DNA of 64,000 nt from Lama glama. Lineage: Eukaryota. Below, in pieces: positions 12,800 to 24,650 of the stretch (the stretch's first letter is position 1; every line of letters starts with the position of its first letter). Below the pieces are notes generated by a model. That model did not search any database. It was not told the DNA's origin and worked only from the letters and a program-made list of their open reading frames with translations. A program made the translations under genes and the position numbers. The DNA is taken from contig CM052838.1 in assembly GCA_028534125.1 (NCBI GenBank), positions 62,992,001 through 63,056,000 on the forward strand, read 5' to 3'.

Positions 12800-13300
12800 T
12801 CGCTGATGCTCAGCACCGCCTCCCCTGAGATGCGCGTCGCTGACAAGCCGGCCCCGCTGCGCGTCCGGGGATTAATGTCCCCAGCATGGAGGGTCGGTGC
12901 AGTGTGCAAAGGCCAGTATTAATCGACAAATTAAAGCCAATGAAAACCTGGGCAGGTGAGAGGAAGTCTCTGAGCTTGATCAAAAACACACTCCTGTTTC
13001 AGGTCTAAATAACGGGCCACGGGCGGCACATCTGTAAATTATACAGGAAGCCTCCTGCAACAGCTGATTCAGCCTGACAGCTTTACNNNNNNNNNNNNNN
13101 NNNNNNNNNNNNNNNNNNNNNNNNNNNNNNNNNNNNNNNNNNNNNNNNNNNNNNNNNNNNNNNNNNNNNNNNNNNNNNNNNNNNNNNNNNNNNNNNNNNN
13201 NNNNNNNNNNNNNNNNNNNNNNNNNNNNNNNNNNGACTGGATTCCACAACTACTTTTAATATTCACCTTTTGAGTTCTTCTCCAGCACTGGACACATTGG
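12800..13300. promoter_or_regulatory. CNE-like unique element interrupted by an N-run
   Basis: CpG-rich start, then GGATTAAT, TATTAATC, AAATTAAAGCCAAT, GTAAATTATA and TGACAG; no repeat similarity seen. Confidence 0.3.
13087..13234. other. N-run (148 N)
   Basis: Directly visible; both flanks look unique. Confidence 0.97.
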
Positions 13301-14639
13301 AATGATTAAAACAGCGCCGGGTCCCCATGCCGGGTGCTGTCTAATGTAAAACAGCCCAGGTGCTGAAGACAAGTGAGCCCTCTTGGTAAGTCCATTCTTT
13401 CTTTGCTTAAAGTTGCTTTGTGGGAGCACCGAGGGTGGAATATTAATAGTAAAAAAAAAAAAATTAAAGTAATGCTCCTTGAGTAGATGCCTGGGGGGAA
13501 GGTGAAAGCTCGGTGCTAGGCAGAGCTTGTGCTTCGGGTGGCCTTGCGCTGGTTGCCTTGGTTTCTGGGCTTTTTGCTTGGATCCTGGGTTTGCGACTGG
13601 GGGAACAGTGCGGCCTGAGCTCTGCTCCCTTCCCCCCTGGGCCCCCCCCCCGGAGGTCAGCCATGTGCTCTGAGCCGGCCTCGGGCTGGGCTCCCACAGC
13701 AGGGGTGGGATTGTGCGAGCCCAGCGGTGTCTCTCCGCCTCTCCCCTGAGACCCAGGCCACCAGGGCACATTCTCAGAAGGGCACCCCAGGATTAAGGAA
13801 CTCAGAGGGCCACCAAGAAGGGGAAAGCTAATAGGTTGGTTCTTCCAACACCTACCCCCGACCAAGCCCCCTCTCCCTTCGCTCTAACCACTGGGCTGAG
13901 GGGCCACAGATCATCTCTGACTTCTCGGAAGCTGACTGCACAAGGTAGGTGAGCTCTTTCCCTCCCTTTCTGCTCCAGAGTTCCCTCAGCCTTTGATGGC
14001 AGGGAGGAAATAGTCAGGGGTGCCTCACACGCCCCCCTTAATTTTGTTTTTAAATCCAAGTCGTTATGAGATCTTTCAGTGGGGAAAAAATGGACCTGAA
14101 CCCTTGGGAGACTGGGCACCGCTGGGAGCTCTGAATTCATTTGGAAGTGTTTTTGTGGGATTGCAAATGTTGCCTTTTTCATATGCAAAATTCACATTTA
14201 ATTTTCTCTGATCTTCTTGAAAATCATAAACAGTTTTCATGCATTTAATTTGGGGTGAAATTTAGTTGTGTTTGCTGCTTTTCATTCAAGGATAACTCAG
14301 TTGTCTGTGTTTTGGTCTCAATTGTCTAAGGATGTGAAAGGCACACTTACCTGTTAGTATGTCTGCGGTAAACGCCATTTCTTGACACAAAGGACAAGGT
14401 ACGCTCCTGTGTTGGGATTAAAGACGTGTTCTTGGTCATCAGCTGTCCTCTCTCGAGCGAACCAAAAAGTTATGTGCATGGACAGCAGCAGAAATGTCTG
14501 CCCTTGTAGGAAGTCATCATGCTGATGACCACCCAGCTAGATGGAGCCTGTGACCACATTTACAGCCCGTCCCCCAAGCACTCTTTCAAATTTAAGACTG
14601 GTCATCATTCCTAATGTAGTGGTAATGATGGTGGTAAGG

Positions 14640-14826
14640 GTGCAATACCGCCATCACTAGCCACATGTAGCTCTTTAAATTTAAAAATAAAAATCAAATT
14701 AAATAAAAAATCCAGTTCCTCAGTCACAGCGGCCACATTTCAAGTGTTCAGTAGATGGTGGGTGACAACTGTATTGGAGAGCTCGTGTATACGCCCTTCG
14801 CATCATCACAGAAGGTTCTGTTAGGG
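14640..14826. mobile_element. MER3 non-autonomous hAT-Charlie DNA transposon
   Basis: cactagccacatgtagctctttaaatttaaa...ccagttcctcagtcaca..gccacatttcaagtgttca...gtattggagagc...catcatcacagaaggttct follows the MER3 consensus almost end to end. Confidence 0.85.
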
Positions 14827-15667
14827 TTAGAGCTTATCCTGATCCTAAAGGAGTCACGAAGAAGACAGGCTGTTCTTCCAGGTCACATTCAGTTGAAAGC
14901 CTGTCGTGAGAGGGGACCCAGGAGCTGCTGGCAAACCTTGATGAAAGTGGAAACTTCCCATGTGGCACCCAAGACTAACTCCGACCCAGAGTAGTGTGAG
15001 GATGAACTTTGTTAACGACGGTTCTGCCAGAGTCCCGGTGACAGATAGGAACAGAATGGAGTTCTGAACGGCCGCAATATCCCGGGTGCGCAAGTGCTCA
15101 AGTCGCTGATGTTCATGACACAGGAGGAATGTTTCTCATTTTCTGCAACGTAATTTTTTATTTAGTAACTCTTGGGTGTCTTGTGTCTAGGGAACCGTCC
15201 CTCTGCAGGTTCTGAGCACCCTTGTGTCAAGGCTGGGAGACGGGTCCCCGGCTCACCCTTGACAACACTCCATCCTTGCGCTCAGCCAGAGAATGCTTTA
15301 TTTCCAGTGGTCAGCACTTTGAAGACACGGCTTGTGCGGAGAGATTCCTTTTTCACACCCTGTTGCGGACACCCTGCTTTTCCTTCAAAGCCAACAAGCT
15401 TGACGAGAGTCTACGCGATGGCTTTCTCTGTGGTTCAGGAATCTGGGACCTCTCTTCTCTGGTCACCTGCCTGCAGCAGGTTCACTATCTGTGCATGCCC
15501 AGCCCAGCTTAGCCAACTGCCTGGCAAAGCGATGGAGACATGAGTGCCATCTCCTGGGGTGCACCGTCCTCGTGGGCCGTGGCACTGTTCAGGAGGGTGG
15601 GGTTCTGAGGGGAGGGTGGAAACAACCTGAGAAGACCTGAGTTGAGCCTTGCTGATCAATTGTTTTG

Positions 15668-15875
15668 TTAGCTAACAGTGAGCACCTGCTATGTTCCAGA
15701 ATTATGCTAAGAACCTCTTTATGTTGGTGTCTTCCAGCCGCTGCAAGAAGCCTTGGCGTGAGCACTGCCGTCTCCAGCTTGCAGATGAGGATGTCGGCGC
15801 TGCGTGTTAAGTAGCTGGTTCTAGGTCACCCAGGACAAGACCCGCTGACCTCAAACCCGGAGCCGAGTCTCCTTA
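15668..15875 (-). mobile_element. MIR SINE
   Basis: tagctaacagtgagcacctgctatgttccag...tgctaag...ttgcagatgagga...gttaagtagctggttctaggtcacccag. Confidence 0.8.
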
Positions 15876-16959
15876 ACATCAAAGCCAGGCTCCGGGCAGC
15901 GGGGGCACGCCCTCTTGAATGATGGGTAGGGCTGCCTGGGGAATCCCAAGAAACTAAGCTTTCCCAGACTTGGGATGGGTGGTGGAGACCATTCAAGGTC
16001 TGAGCCTGGGGCCCCAGGGCAGCAGTAGATTCCACTGAGCTTGCTTTGAAATTGGAGCCAGCAACCTTGGGCCCACCTTGGTACAAAAAGAGGGGCTGCT
16101 TCTCCCTGGGTTGGAGAGCCAGTCTTCGTAGCCAAGCCCACGTGCCCTGAGACAGCCTCTAGGACCCTGCTACCCAGTCCCCTTGACAAATGAGCCAGCA
16201 GAGGTCAGCCAGGGCCTGTGCGCCTGAAGTCACACAAGAGCTAGAAGTAACACCCTGGTGTTCTGCCTGGGCTCCGCCCAGGAGCCCACGGGATGCCCAG
16301 CCCCAGGGCCAAGACACCGTGCTTCTCTTTGCCTGCAGCGAGCCCCTCAGGTCCTGCTGGGGGTCCCCTGGGAGCCAGCACCTGCCAGCGCAGACGTGCC
16401 GGTGGACTTTTCTCTGTAGAGCAGAAGTCTGAGTGCCTGCCCACCCGCTGGACGCATCACTCGGGATAGGGAGTGGCAGGGGCGGGGCAGGGTTACACCC
16501 GAACGTGCTGGGTGGGGGGTTTGACTTGTAGCCACCTGAACCGGGGGAGATTTCCGAGTGCTGAGCCTGGATCACCCGGTGGCCGGCTCTGCACGCGCCT
16601 GGGGGCTTTGCTTTACCCTCAGGAAAACCCAGAGACAAAGCCCCGGGGCAGCTCGGGTAAGCTGGGTCGTGCTTCCCTGTAGCTGCATTCAACTTGCAGG
16701 TGGAGAGAAGGATGGTCGGAGCCTGCCTGTGCCTCTGAGTTCTGAATCCAGCCCTCGTACTTGGAGAACACTGAAATCAAACGACTGTTCACAAGCTAGA
16801 GAAATCGCAGTTATAACGCAAGTACCTCCTGCACACTCACACCGCCCAGGGCTGGAGACTTCACTGCCGCCCCTCCCAAACCAGCGCGGGCTCACCCACA
16901 TGCACCGACGTGGCCCACACCTGGCCCTCCCCTGACCGCACCCTGGTGACGCGGTCTCC

Positions 16960-17090
16960 TCACTGTTCGTCTGCTTCCTCCACAGGACCGTGAGCATCTT
17001 CAGGGCAGGGGCTGCGTCTGGCTTGCTCCTCCTTCTACTTTCAGTGCCTGGAAGGGGCCCTGTGCACGGGGCTCCCTGTCTCTGGTGAGC
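16960..17090 (+). mobile_element. L2 3' end fragment
   Basis: ctgttcgtctgcttcctccacaggaccgtgagcatcttcagggcaggggctgcgtctg...cagtgcctgg...cctgtgcac. Confidence 0.65.
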
Positions 17091-17589
17091 GTGTGGAAGG
17101 CCAGGCCTCGTCGTCACCTGCGCGGCCCTGCGGGGCCAGGACCTACACGGGATCCATGCCCCAGGCCCTCGGGGGCCCTGTGCTCGTCCACCCTGTTCCT
17201 CAGACATGGCTCTCAGGTTGGAAGAGGGCCCGACGGCCGCCCGTGGACCCAGCCCCAGCTGGCTCTTTCTCTCCTTGCAGACCCAAAGGCCCCCTCCCCA
17301 TTTCTTCGAAAGAGCCTCCTCTTTTCTCTCCAGATCGCTCCAGCTCTTCTTGGAGATGCCGGTGCAGGAGAACAAGAAATGCTGGACCAGGCTGCCACCC
17401 GCCTCCACGCGGGGCCTGCCACCTCCCAGCTGCTCGAGTCTCTGGATGCCGGAGAGGGGGGCTTCTGGGGGTGACAGTCTCTTCTCCAAAATCTTCATCC
17501 ACTGTAAACACGGCTAACTACCAACTCGTAAAACATATCAGCTGGGTTTATTACTTTTAACCGTCTTTCCAATTGTTCTATAAAATAAA

Positions 17590-17730
17590 NNNNNNNNNNN
17601 NNNNNNNNNNNNNNNNNNNNNNNNNNNNNNNNNNNNNNNNNNNNNNNNNNNNNNNNNNNNNNNNNNNNNNNNNNNNNNNNNNNNNNNNNNNNNNNNNNNN
17701 NNNNNNNNNNNNNNNNNNNNNNNNNNNNNN
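17590..17730. other. N-run (141 N)
   Basis: Directly visible; AT-rich unique left flank and CpG-rich unique right flank. Confidence 0.97.
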
Positions 17731-17839
17731 CTTCCTAACGGAGCAGACGCCGCACGCACAGTAGGTGGGCTCCGGCTCGTGCTCGGCGCCGAGGCCGGGT
17801 CGCCGTTTCACCTGGGTTTTGAGTTGACAGCCTCGCCAC

Positions 17840-18130
17840 ACACGTCAGGCTCTGCCAAATGCTCCGCCATTAATTTATGATTTAAAGTAATTAACTTTTG
17901 CTGATTAAAGTAATTATTTCAAGTGCATTGCACTCGGGCCCAAATGATGCGCACAGCCCCCTCTCCAGTTTGAGCTAGCAGCACGCCAAGTGCTTAAAAG
18001 CTGCACCGGGGACGGCGAGGGGCCTCTGCCCGTCTCGCGGCTCCGCCGTGTTTATGACTGACTTGCACTAACTGCTCATTTGAATGCCGGCTCCTGGCAG
18101 AACGTTGACGCAGTGTGAAACCTTCATCCG
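17840..18130. promoter_or_regulatory. Candidate homeodomain-rich enhancer
   Basis: CCATTAATTTATGATTTAA, two copies of TTAAAGTAATTA (17882-17893 and 17905-17916) and TCAAGTG, inside a CpG-rich unique context. Confidence 0.4.
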
Positions 18131-18814
18131 GTAAACAAGACAAGCTTCAGCCTGGTGACACCGATGACAGTGGAGGCTGTTTAAATGAGTCTTGCCTCCA
18201 GCCTTCCAGAGGTATCATGTTTCTGCACTCTCTTGCGTACCCAGATTGGTCCCTTAAACAGCATACAGCTTCATCTGGCCTCAGCCAAGAGTGTGGAAAA
18301 TGTGGGCCGCGGGAATCCAGCCCCGTGCCCCGAAAGTCACCAGCTGCCTGTCACGGACCCCTGTTGGCCCTCGGGGCCCAGACAGGGCAGGCCGGCAGGT
18401 CGCTGTGCAAGGGGGCCTGCTCAGTCTGGGGAAGCTTCCAGGAGCTGATGGAGAGAGATGGAGCGAGGTCTGAGGGAGGGAGAGCTCTCCCCGCCATTTC
18501 ACATCCGGTACCTTCTCTCCCTCGCGTGGCATCACCTGCCAGTGAGGCAGGGAATCCACCGCGTGGTGCTTTCCAGCCAGGGAGGCTGCTGCGGGCAAGA
18601 ACAGAGGAGCCCTGAGTTGGCGTCTCAAGGCCGGAAAACCCTTCCAAACCCCAGCCTCCCTCCCCTTTCACTGGAGGTGCGGGCCAAAGCCCAGCATCCC
18701 CGCGCCGAGCAGGCTGGGGATGTGGGCTCGGCGCTGCTCATCGAGACGAGTGGGTGGGCCCCCAGGCTGCAGGCAGGCCCAGGAATCCTTCCTCTCCCGG
18801 AAAATCCTGCAAAA

Positions 18815-19040
18815 ACAGTCATCACAACTGCTGCCACTTCTCGTGTCCCTGCTGTGTGCCGGGCACCGAGCCTCGCACCGCAGAGATGGCCTCCGGGAGA
18901 CTTTGCAGCAATGCGAGGAGGCGTGTCACATCGCACACCTTCCAGCTGAGGCACCCGGGGCTCAGAGTGGTGAGTGACACTCCCAAGGTCACTTAGCCAG
19001 TGGACCTGCAGCTCAGAGCCAGGTCCTCCCGCTTCCAAAT
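18815..19040 (-). mobile_element. MIR SINE (strongly GC-shifted)
   Basis: cctgctgtgtgccgggcaccgagc...ttccagctgaggcacccggggctcagagtggtgagtgacactcccaaggtcacttagccagtg. Confidence 0.8.
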
Positions 19041-20261
19041 TTCCAGAAACATTGCATCTGCTTCATCTCCTTTTGCAAAAATATTCAGGGAGCCGCAGTG
19101 GCCTGTTTGAGAGCCCCCTACCCCCGGCAAGGAAGGACCACGCCGGCTTTTGAGAAGAGCCATAGCCCCTCGGGGCCCCGGAGCCTCCCCGCCTGGGAGA
19201 GCCAAGGTGAGGGGCCAGTCAGCCAGTGCCTTGACTTTGGAAAAGACCGACATTCAGGAGGGGGCGTTCGTGCTCCCACTCACTGCTATTTGGTGGGGGG
19301 ACACTTTCGGGGCTTAACTTGCATTTTTATCTTTTCTCTTAGTAATTATCCCAATACCCTGGGCTTTCAGTGAAGCCGCAAGGAAATCTGATTTTGTATG
19401 TAATTAAGTGCCTGATGGGCAGCGAGCCCCGGCAAACGATATTTCAGCTTAACGCTGTTGAACAAACATCGCCGACAAACGGCGATGCCAGAACCATCAT
19501 CTGTGTCTTGGCACCCTCGCCACCGCGCGATGGCTGGGATCGTAAATAACCCACTTCGCTTTCGGGGTGAGTTAAGTGCTCTTAAAGGGTTCGAGTGAAA
19601 GCTCATCAAAGGGAAACACTCTGTCTTCCATCCAGGAGTCGGGGCCGCGCCAAGCCGGGTGGGCAGATGCTCTGTCCTGCTTGGCACGGGGCTGCAAGGG
19701 CGACACTCCACTCACTGCCCTCGCGAGTGTCGGCGCAGGTGCCAAATGGCAGAGTCTGGAATGCGAGCAGCCAGGAGAGGGCAGAGCCGATGGGGCCGCT
19801 GCAGCGGAGGCCCGGAGAGGCCGGGGGAGGAGGCTCCCACCGCTCGGCCTGTTCAGCCAGCAGACGGCGGTGCGGTCCCTGCCCCGACCGGGATTTTTCA
19901 GAGCCCAGAGAATTGCTGGAACTGAGAAACTAGCATCAGACAAAATAAAGATGCTCAGAGGGAAACTAGGAGCCTTTGAAGGAGGACAGTGGCAGGAGGG
20001 CGGCCCAAACGTGTGGTGGGGCGTGGCGGGCATGGCTGGAGCTTCCTCAGCGTAACATCCGGAGAATCCCACGTTCGCACAGCCAGTGGCGCGTGGCTAG
20101 CTAGCGCAGTCGGGGCGGTGGGCTAGCGCAGTTCAGAACATTTCTTTTCCTTCCTCTTGTTTATTTCAGATAAAAAGAATGAACACAAAACTTCAAGAAA
20201 ATGTGATTCACAGCCCAGTGTGGCCAGGCCCCTCAGGTTATTCCTCTTGTTCTGGTTTTTC

Positions 20262-20440
20262 TAGAAAACTCCAGGCTTAGTAGCTGTACCTGCCCAGGTT
20301 CAAATCCCAGCCCGGTCACTTGTCAACCGAGTGACTTGGGCCAGTCAGTTCATTCTCCACGCCTCAGTTTCCTCCACTGCAAAAGGGGCAGAAAAAAAAC
20401 TGATGTGCGCTTTGGAAGCGCGGTGATGCGAGCTGAGTTA
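20262..20440 (+). mobile_element. MIR SINE
   Basis: ctgcccaggttcaaatcccagcccggtcactt...gtgacttgggccagtcagtt...gcctcagtttcctccactgcaaaaggggc. Confidence 0.85.
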
Positions 20441-21096
20441 CAGTCTGAGCCCAGGAAACAGCAGCGGCTGCCAAAGGTGTGGCCTTGCTGTGACTGTCCT
20501 CATCACTGCAGACCCCAGCAGCAGGCTGCGTTTGGCTGCAGGCGCTGAGTTCTGGGGCGTAGGAAGAAGGGCGCAGAATGAAGCAGGAGTACTCATGTCC
20601 GCCAGGCGTCGTGAACGGGGCAGCGCCAGTGGGTGAGCGCACAGCAGGGAGGCCCTGGGACCGGCGGTGAGCCACACCCAGCTCCCAGTTACGTTTTACA
20701 AAACTCCATTCCTTCCTGATCGTGAAGATCTGTTCAGTCAGCGTACCTGCGTGCACCTGCTCTGGGCCAGGCCCTGGCGTGGGTGCTGGGATACACCACG
20801 AACCAGACCATGACAGACAGGCAGAAACAGAGGCAGGTCCCTCTCTCAGTGGACATTTGGAAAATACAGAAGAGAGCAAACAGGATGGTGAAGGCCTGTG
20901 TTGCCCTGGCACCCAGAGGCATTCCAGTTCAAGGGTCCGTATGTGTGTCTGGACACAGAGCCATCTCCTGCTAGCTCCCCTGGACCTGAAGGACTGGGAA
21001 GACACACACCGCATAATCTTCAAAAGCATCACACGTGGCAGGGGCAGCTTACCCCACTGTGTGTGTGTCACAGGTAGCTGAGCCTGCGGAACTGGC

Positions 21097-21541
21097 TGTA
21101 GGAGGCTAAACAATAGCCCCGAAGACATCATCCTAATTCTGGAACCGGCGCGTTCGCTTACAGAGCAGAGAGTTTGTAGGCGTGATTAGATTAAGAATCT
21201 CCAGATGGAGAGATAAACCTGGATTATGCAAGTGGGCCCTAAATGCCACCACAAGTATCCTTACTAGAGGAGGGCAGAGGGAGATGTGACAGGGACAGAG
21301 GAGGAGGCCATGGGAGTTTGGAGTCAGAGACGAGTGATGTGGCCACAAGCCAAAGAATGCTGGCCGCCACCAGGAGCAAGAGGGGGCAAGGAACAGACCC
21401 CTCCTCCCGCCTCCCAAAAGCACGGCCCTGCCAACACCTTGACTTCAGCCCAGTGAAGCTGATTTCAGACTTGTGTCCCCCAGACTGGAAGAGGACATCC
21501 TTCAGCTGTGTTAACCACCCCAGGCACAGGAAACTGCTACA
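21097..21541 (+). mobile_element. MLT1C/D-like MaLR solo LTR
   Basis: TG...CA termini; tgtaggaggctaaacaatagcccc...ctggattatgcaagtgggccctaaatg...aagccaaagaatgc...gccctgccaacaccttgacttcagcccagtgaa...aggaaactgctaca. Confidence 0.9.
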
Positions 21542-23553
21542 GCAGGTGAATGTGTTTATTAATATCCACTCTCAGTGGGGGTGCAGAACGGGGCATTTCC
21601 TGGGTAGGAAACACAGGAGGCAAGCGAAGGAGCAAACAAATGATTGAATGCATTACGATTAAATGACAAATAAGGAGGTACCACTTTGATTTCAATTCAC
21701 ATGATATGGAAACTCAGCCACGGCAGCTGTGCTGTAGATCCTCAGCATGTTTATTTACTTTAAAACAGGTGAACTTGACGGTCAGGTAAGCATCCTTTTG
21801 GCTCACTCCTCACCAGCAACTCCAGTCCAGCCCACACTGGATCTAAGGAGTCTCTGATGGTCCGGGCTCCCCACTGGCGTGGCGGGCTAACGAGGGTCCC
21901 TCCACCTCCGGGCCTGCCAGGCGGGGCCAGAGCTGCTAGATGTGGCTCAGCCCCACGCACCACACACGCCCAGCCCCGCGCACCCTGCACCCGCCCACAC
22001 GCAGAAGCCGCCTGCTCACGGCGGAGACGACGCTGATCACCGACCGTTCCCCAGATGGCAGCAGCTGCCGAGCTGAACTTCCAGCAGGGAGGTCAGAGCA
22101 TCTTTCATGTGGGCATGACTTTGTTCTGAATATTCTTTTCTGGAACAAGGAGAAGAATCCATGCAGGTGTTCCTTGGAGCAAATTTCTAAGAATGGCCTG
22201 GCCACGCTGTGCCCGCTGGCGGGATGGATGAGGGTCAGCAGGACCTGCGGAAAGCGGCCTCTGCCTTCGGGCTCACTACGTCCTGTCTGGCTTTGCTGCA
22301 TCATTTTCCTGAAAGGAGACATTTGGTGGCGGCTTACGGAGATGGGGACTGGGGCGTGCCATCCTTCTCTGTGGGCCGCCGTTCAGTTTCTGAGCTCGCT
22401 GGGGGGAAGCATAGCCCAGGACCCTCCCTCCACTGCGGGGACAGAGTTGCACAGCCACAGACAGCCTGGGGTTTGGAGCTGGACCGTCCGAGCCCAGATC
22501 AGGGCTCTGCTGCCCTCTCCCTTGATGTGCCCCCTGGGAACATTGAAGCTTTCTGAATCCAAGTTGCGTGCAAAACGGAGTTTGAAAAAGTAGGACCTGC
22601 CCCACAGGTGCACGGCCTGACTGGACGCCCCGAGCAGGCCCAGGCCGGGCCGGCGTGTGGAACCCGACACCTGAGCATGGCTGGTGTAACTGGGATTCCC
22701 CGCGCAGGGCCGGGCCCCTTATTATCCACACTGGTCTTGTAAAGGCCACATGAGGGCAGGCCCTGGGGATCAGCAGGGAGAGGGCACAGGGCTCCGCTGC
22801 TCCCCCGGACCAGCCTGACAGCTCGTTCTCTCTGCCTGGGACCTGCAGGCGGCAAAAGCCATTAGGAGCAATTTGTTGTCGCCAGGCAGGCCTGCTCCCC
22901 TCAACAGTTATCAATGAGCTTGTCAACCCAAGGCCTAACCTCCTTTGTTCTTCTCATCTGTTCTCCCCTCGGAGGCCTCTCCGAGCCCCCGGCCTTCTCC
23001 CAGGGCCTGCGGCCGGCTGCTGTACACCTGTTTGGCTGGAGGCTGGGCCCGGGGGTCCGGGCGTGGTGGGGAGAAAGCAGCGAGCTGCCTGGGCCGCCTG
23101 GCTCCCCGAGCTTGTCCCCGTCAGGATGTCAGATGACAGTTACCGCGGCTGCAGCTGGTACAGCAGCCGGTGGCAGGGGCGGGGCGCGGGCTGTGTGCCT
23201 GCAAGCGCTCGGCCCTTCCCGGGGGGCACGCGGCCCCCCTCCGCGGGGCTGCAGCTGGAAGGAGGCTGGGCTGGCTGGCTCTGTCACGCACCCGCGGCAG
23301 AGAGCAGGCGTCGTGGGACCATCACCCTGCAGGAGCGCCTCCTGCGAACGCGGGGTGGAGAGGGGTGCCTGTGTGTCGGTGCTGAGCACCAACCCTCCAG
23401 AGCTGTCCGGACCTGACTAAACCACAATCACCAGAGAACTCAGGATCAGACCCCGTGTCTGACTGCCCTCGGGACCAGGCTGACCAGCTAACAGATGTGG
23501 GGGGAGACGCAGTCAGCAGAGTAGCAGAGCAGCAGGCATCCAGGCAGCAGCCT

Positions 23554-24050
23554 AGCCTCAGTCAGCTCGGGCGCCATCACCAAGTACCGCAGCCGGGGCT
23601 TAAGCAGCAAACCGGTGCATCGCATGGCTCTGGAGTCTGCACATCCAAGGGCAAGGTGCCAGCAAGCAGGTTTCACTCCGAGGCCTCTTCTCTTGGCTTG
23701 TAGGTGGCACTGTGTGCATGGGGGAGCGAGACAGAGAGAAGGAGATGCAGATGGTGACCGAGATACAAAGATGGAGATGGACATAGAGACAGGGACTGAG
23801 ACGGTGGAGATGGAGATGATGGAGCTAGAGATGAGAGAAATGGAGAGAGAGACAGAGATAAAGATGGAGGTGGAGATGGAAAGAGATCCATGTATACAGA
23901 GAGAGAGCTGGTGTCTCTCACAAGTGCACTGATCCAGCGTTCTGGGGCTCCACCCTCATGATCTCGTCTAACCCAGATCACCTACCAAAGGCCCCACCTC
24001 CAATACCATCTCGTCCAGGGTTAGGGCTTCAACGTATGAGGGGAGGGGAG
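23554..24050 (-). mobile_element. MLT1A0-like MaLR solo LTR with an internal GA-rich expansion
   Basis: cagtcagctcggg...aaggtgccagca...gaggcctcttctcttggcttgtag on the left and gagagagctggtgtctctc...ccaccctcatga...ccaaaggccccacctccaataccatc...gggttagggcttcaacgtatga on the right. Confidence 0.85.
23725..23907. repeat. Degenerate (GAGATG)n-like purine-rich low-complexity tract
   Basis: Repeated gagatg/gagaca/gagata/ggagatgg units, roughly 6-nt period. Confidence 0.85.
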
Positions 24051-24650
24051 GGCTGGGCACGGGTCCCTAGGATGAGTCAGTGGCCCAAAAGCGAAGTGAG
24101 GGCTTCCCAAGCTGCCTCTCCTGTGGAAGAAACACGGGGGAGTGGAATTTGTCCTGGATTCAGGAGAGAGTGGAAGAGTCTCCAGGTGAAAACCACTCCC
24201 GTTCTTCCAGCTCTGATTGAGCAAACATGGAACTGACCATCTGGGGACAGAAAGCTGGGATGTGGGGTTTGCTGTTGAAGAACCCAGGACAGGAGCCCCT
24301 TGGGCGTCGTAGGGTGTCACCGAGGGCGGGGTGCAAGTGCGGGACCTGCAGGCCCGAGGAGGCGAAATGTCCAGGTCCCATGTGACCCAGAGGCAAGCCA
24401 AGGTCGGGGGGACAGCGGGGACGCTTCCAGGGCGCTTCTTGGTGACAGAGCACTGTCTTTCACTGAAGGCTCCCAAGTGCCTGTTGCCGTGTCCAGGTGG
24501 GGACGCTGAGCTCAGCGGAGACAGGTGAGCGGTCCTGACATCCCTGAGGGAGGGGCTCGGCCCGGTGCCCTCTCTGCAGGAGCTTCACTTTGGCCTTGGT
24601 GACTCCCGGTTGCAAATCCTGGCTCTCTCTGTCCCACAAACAAGGCCCGC

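Noticed and set aside
16689-17498. 269-aa minus-strand ORF and an acceptor-like site near 17333
   Set aside because: It spans an L2 fragment, has no strong donor and contains no domain.
21769-21785. 17-nt microexon candidate ending CAG|GTAAGC
   Set aside because: The pyrimidine tract is poor and the length is frame-shifting; expected by chance.
23615-23932. Met/Glu-rich peptide
   Set aside because: It is the translation of the GAGATG tract inside an MLT1 LTR.
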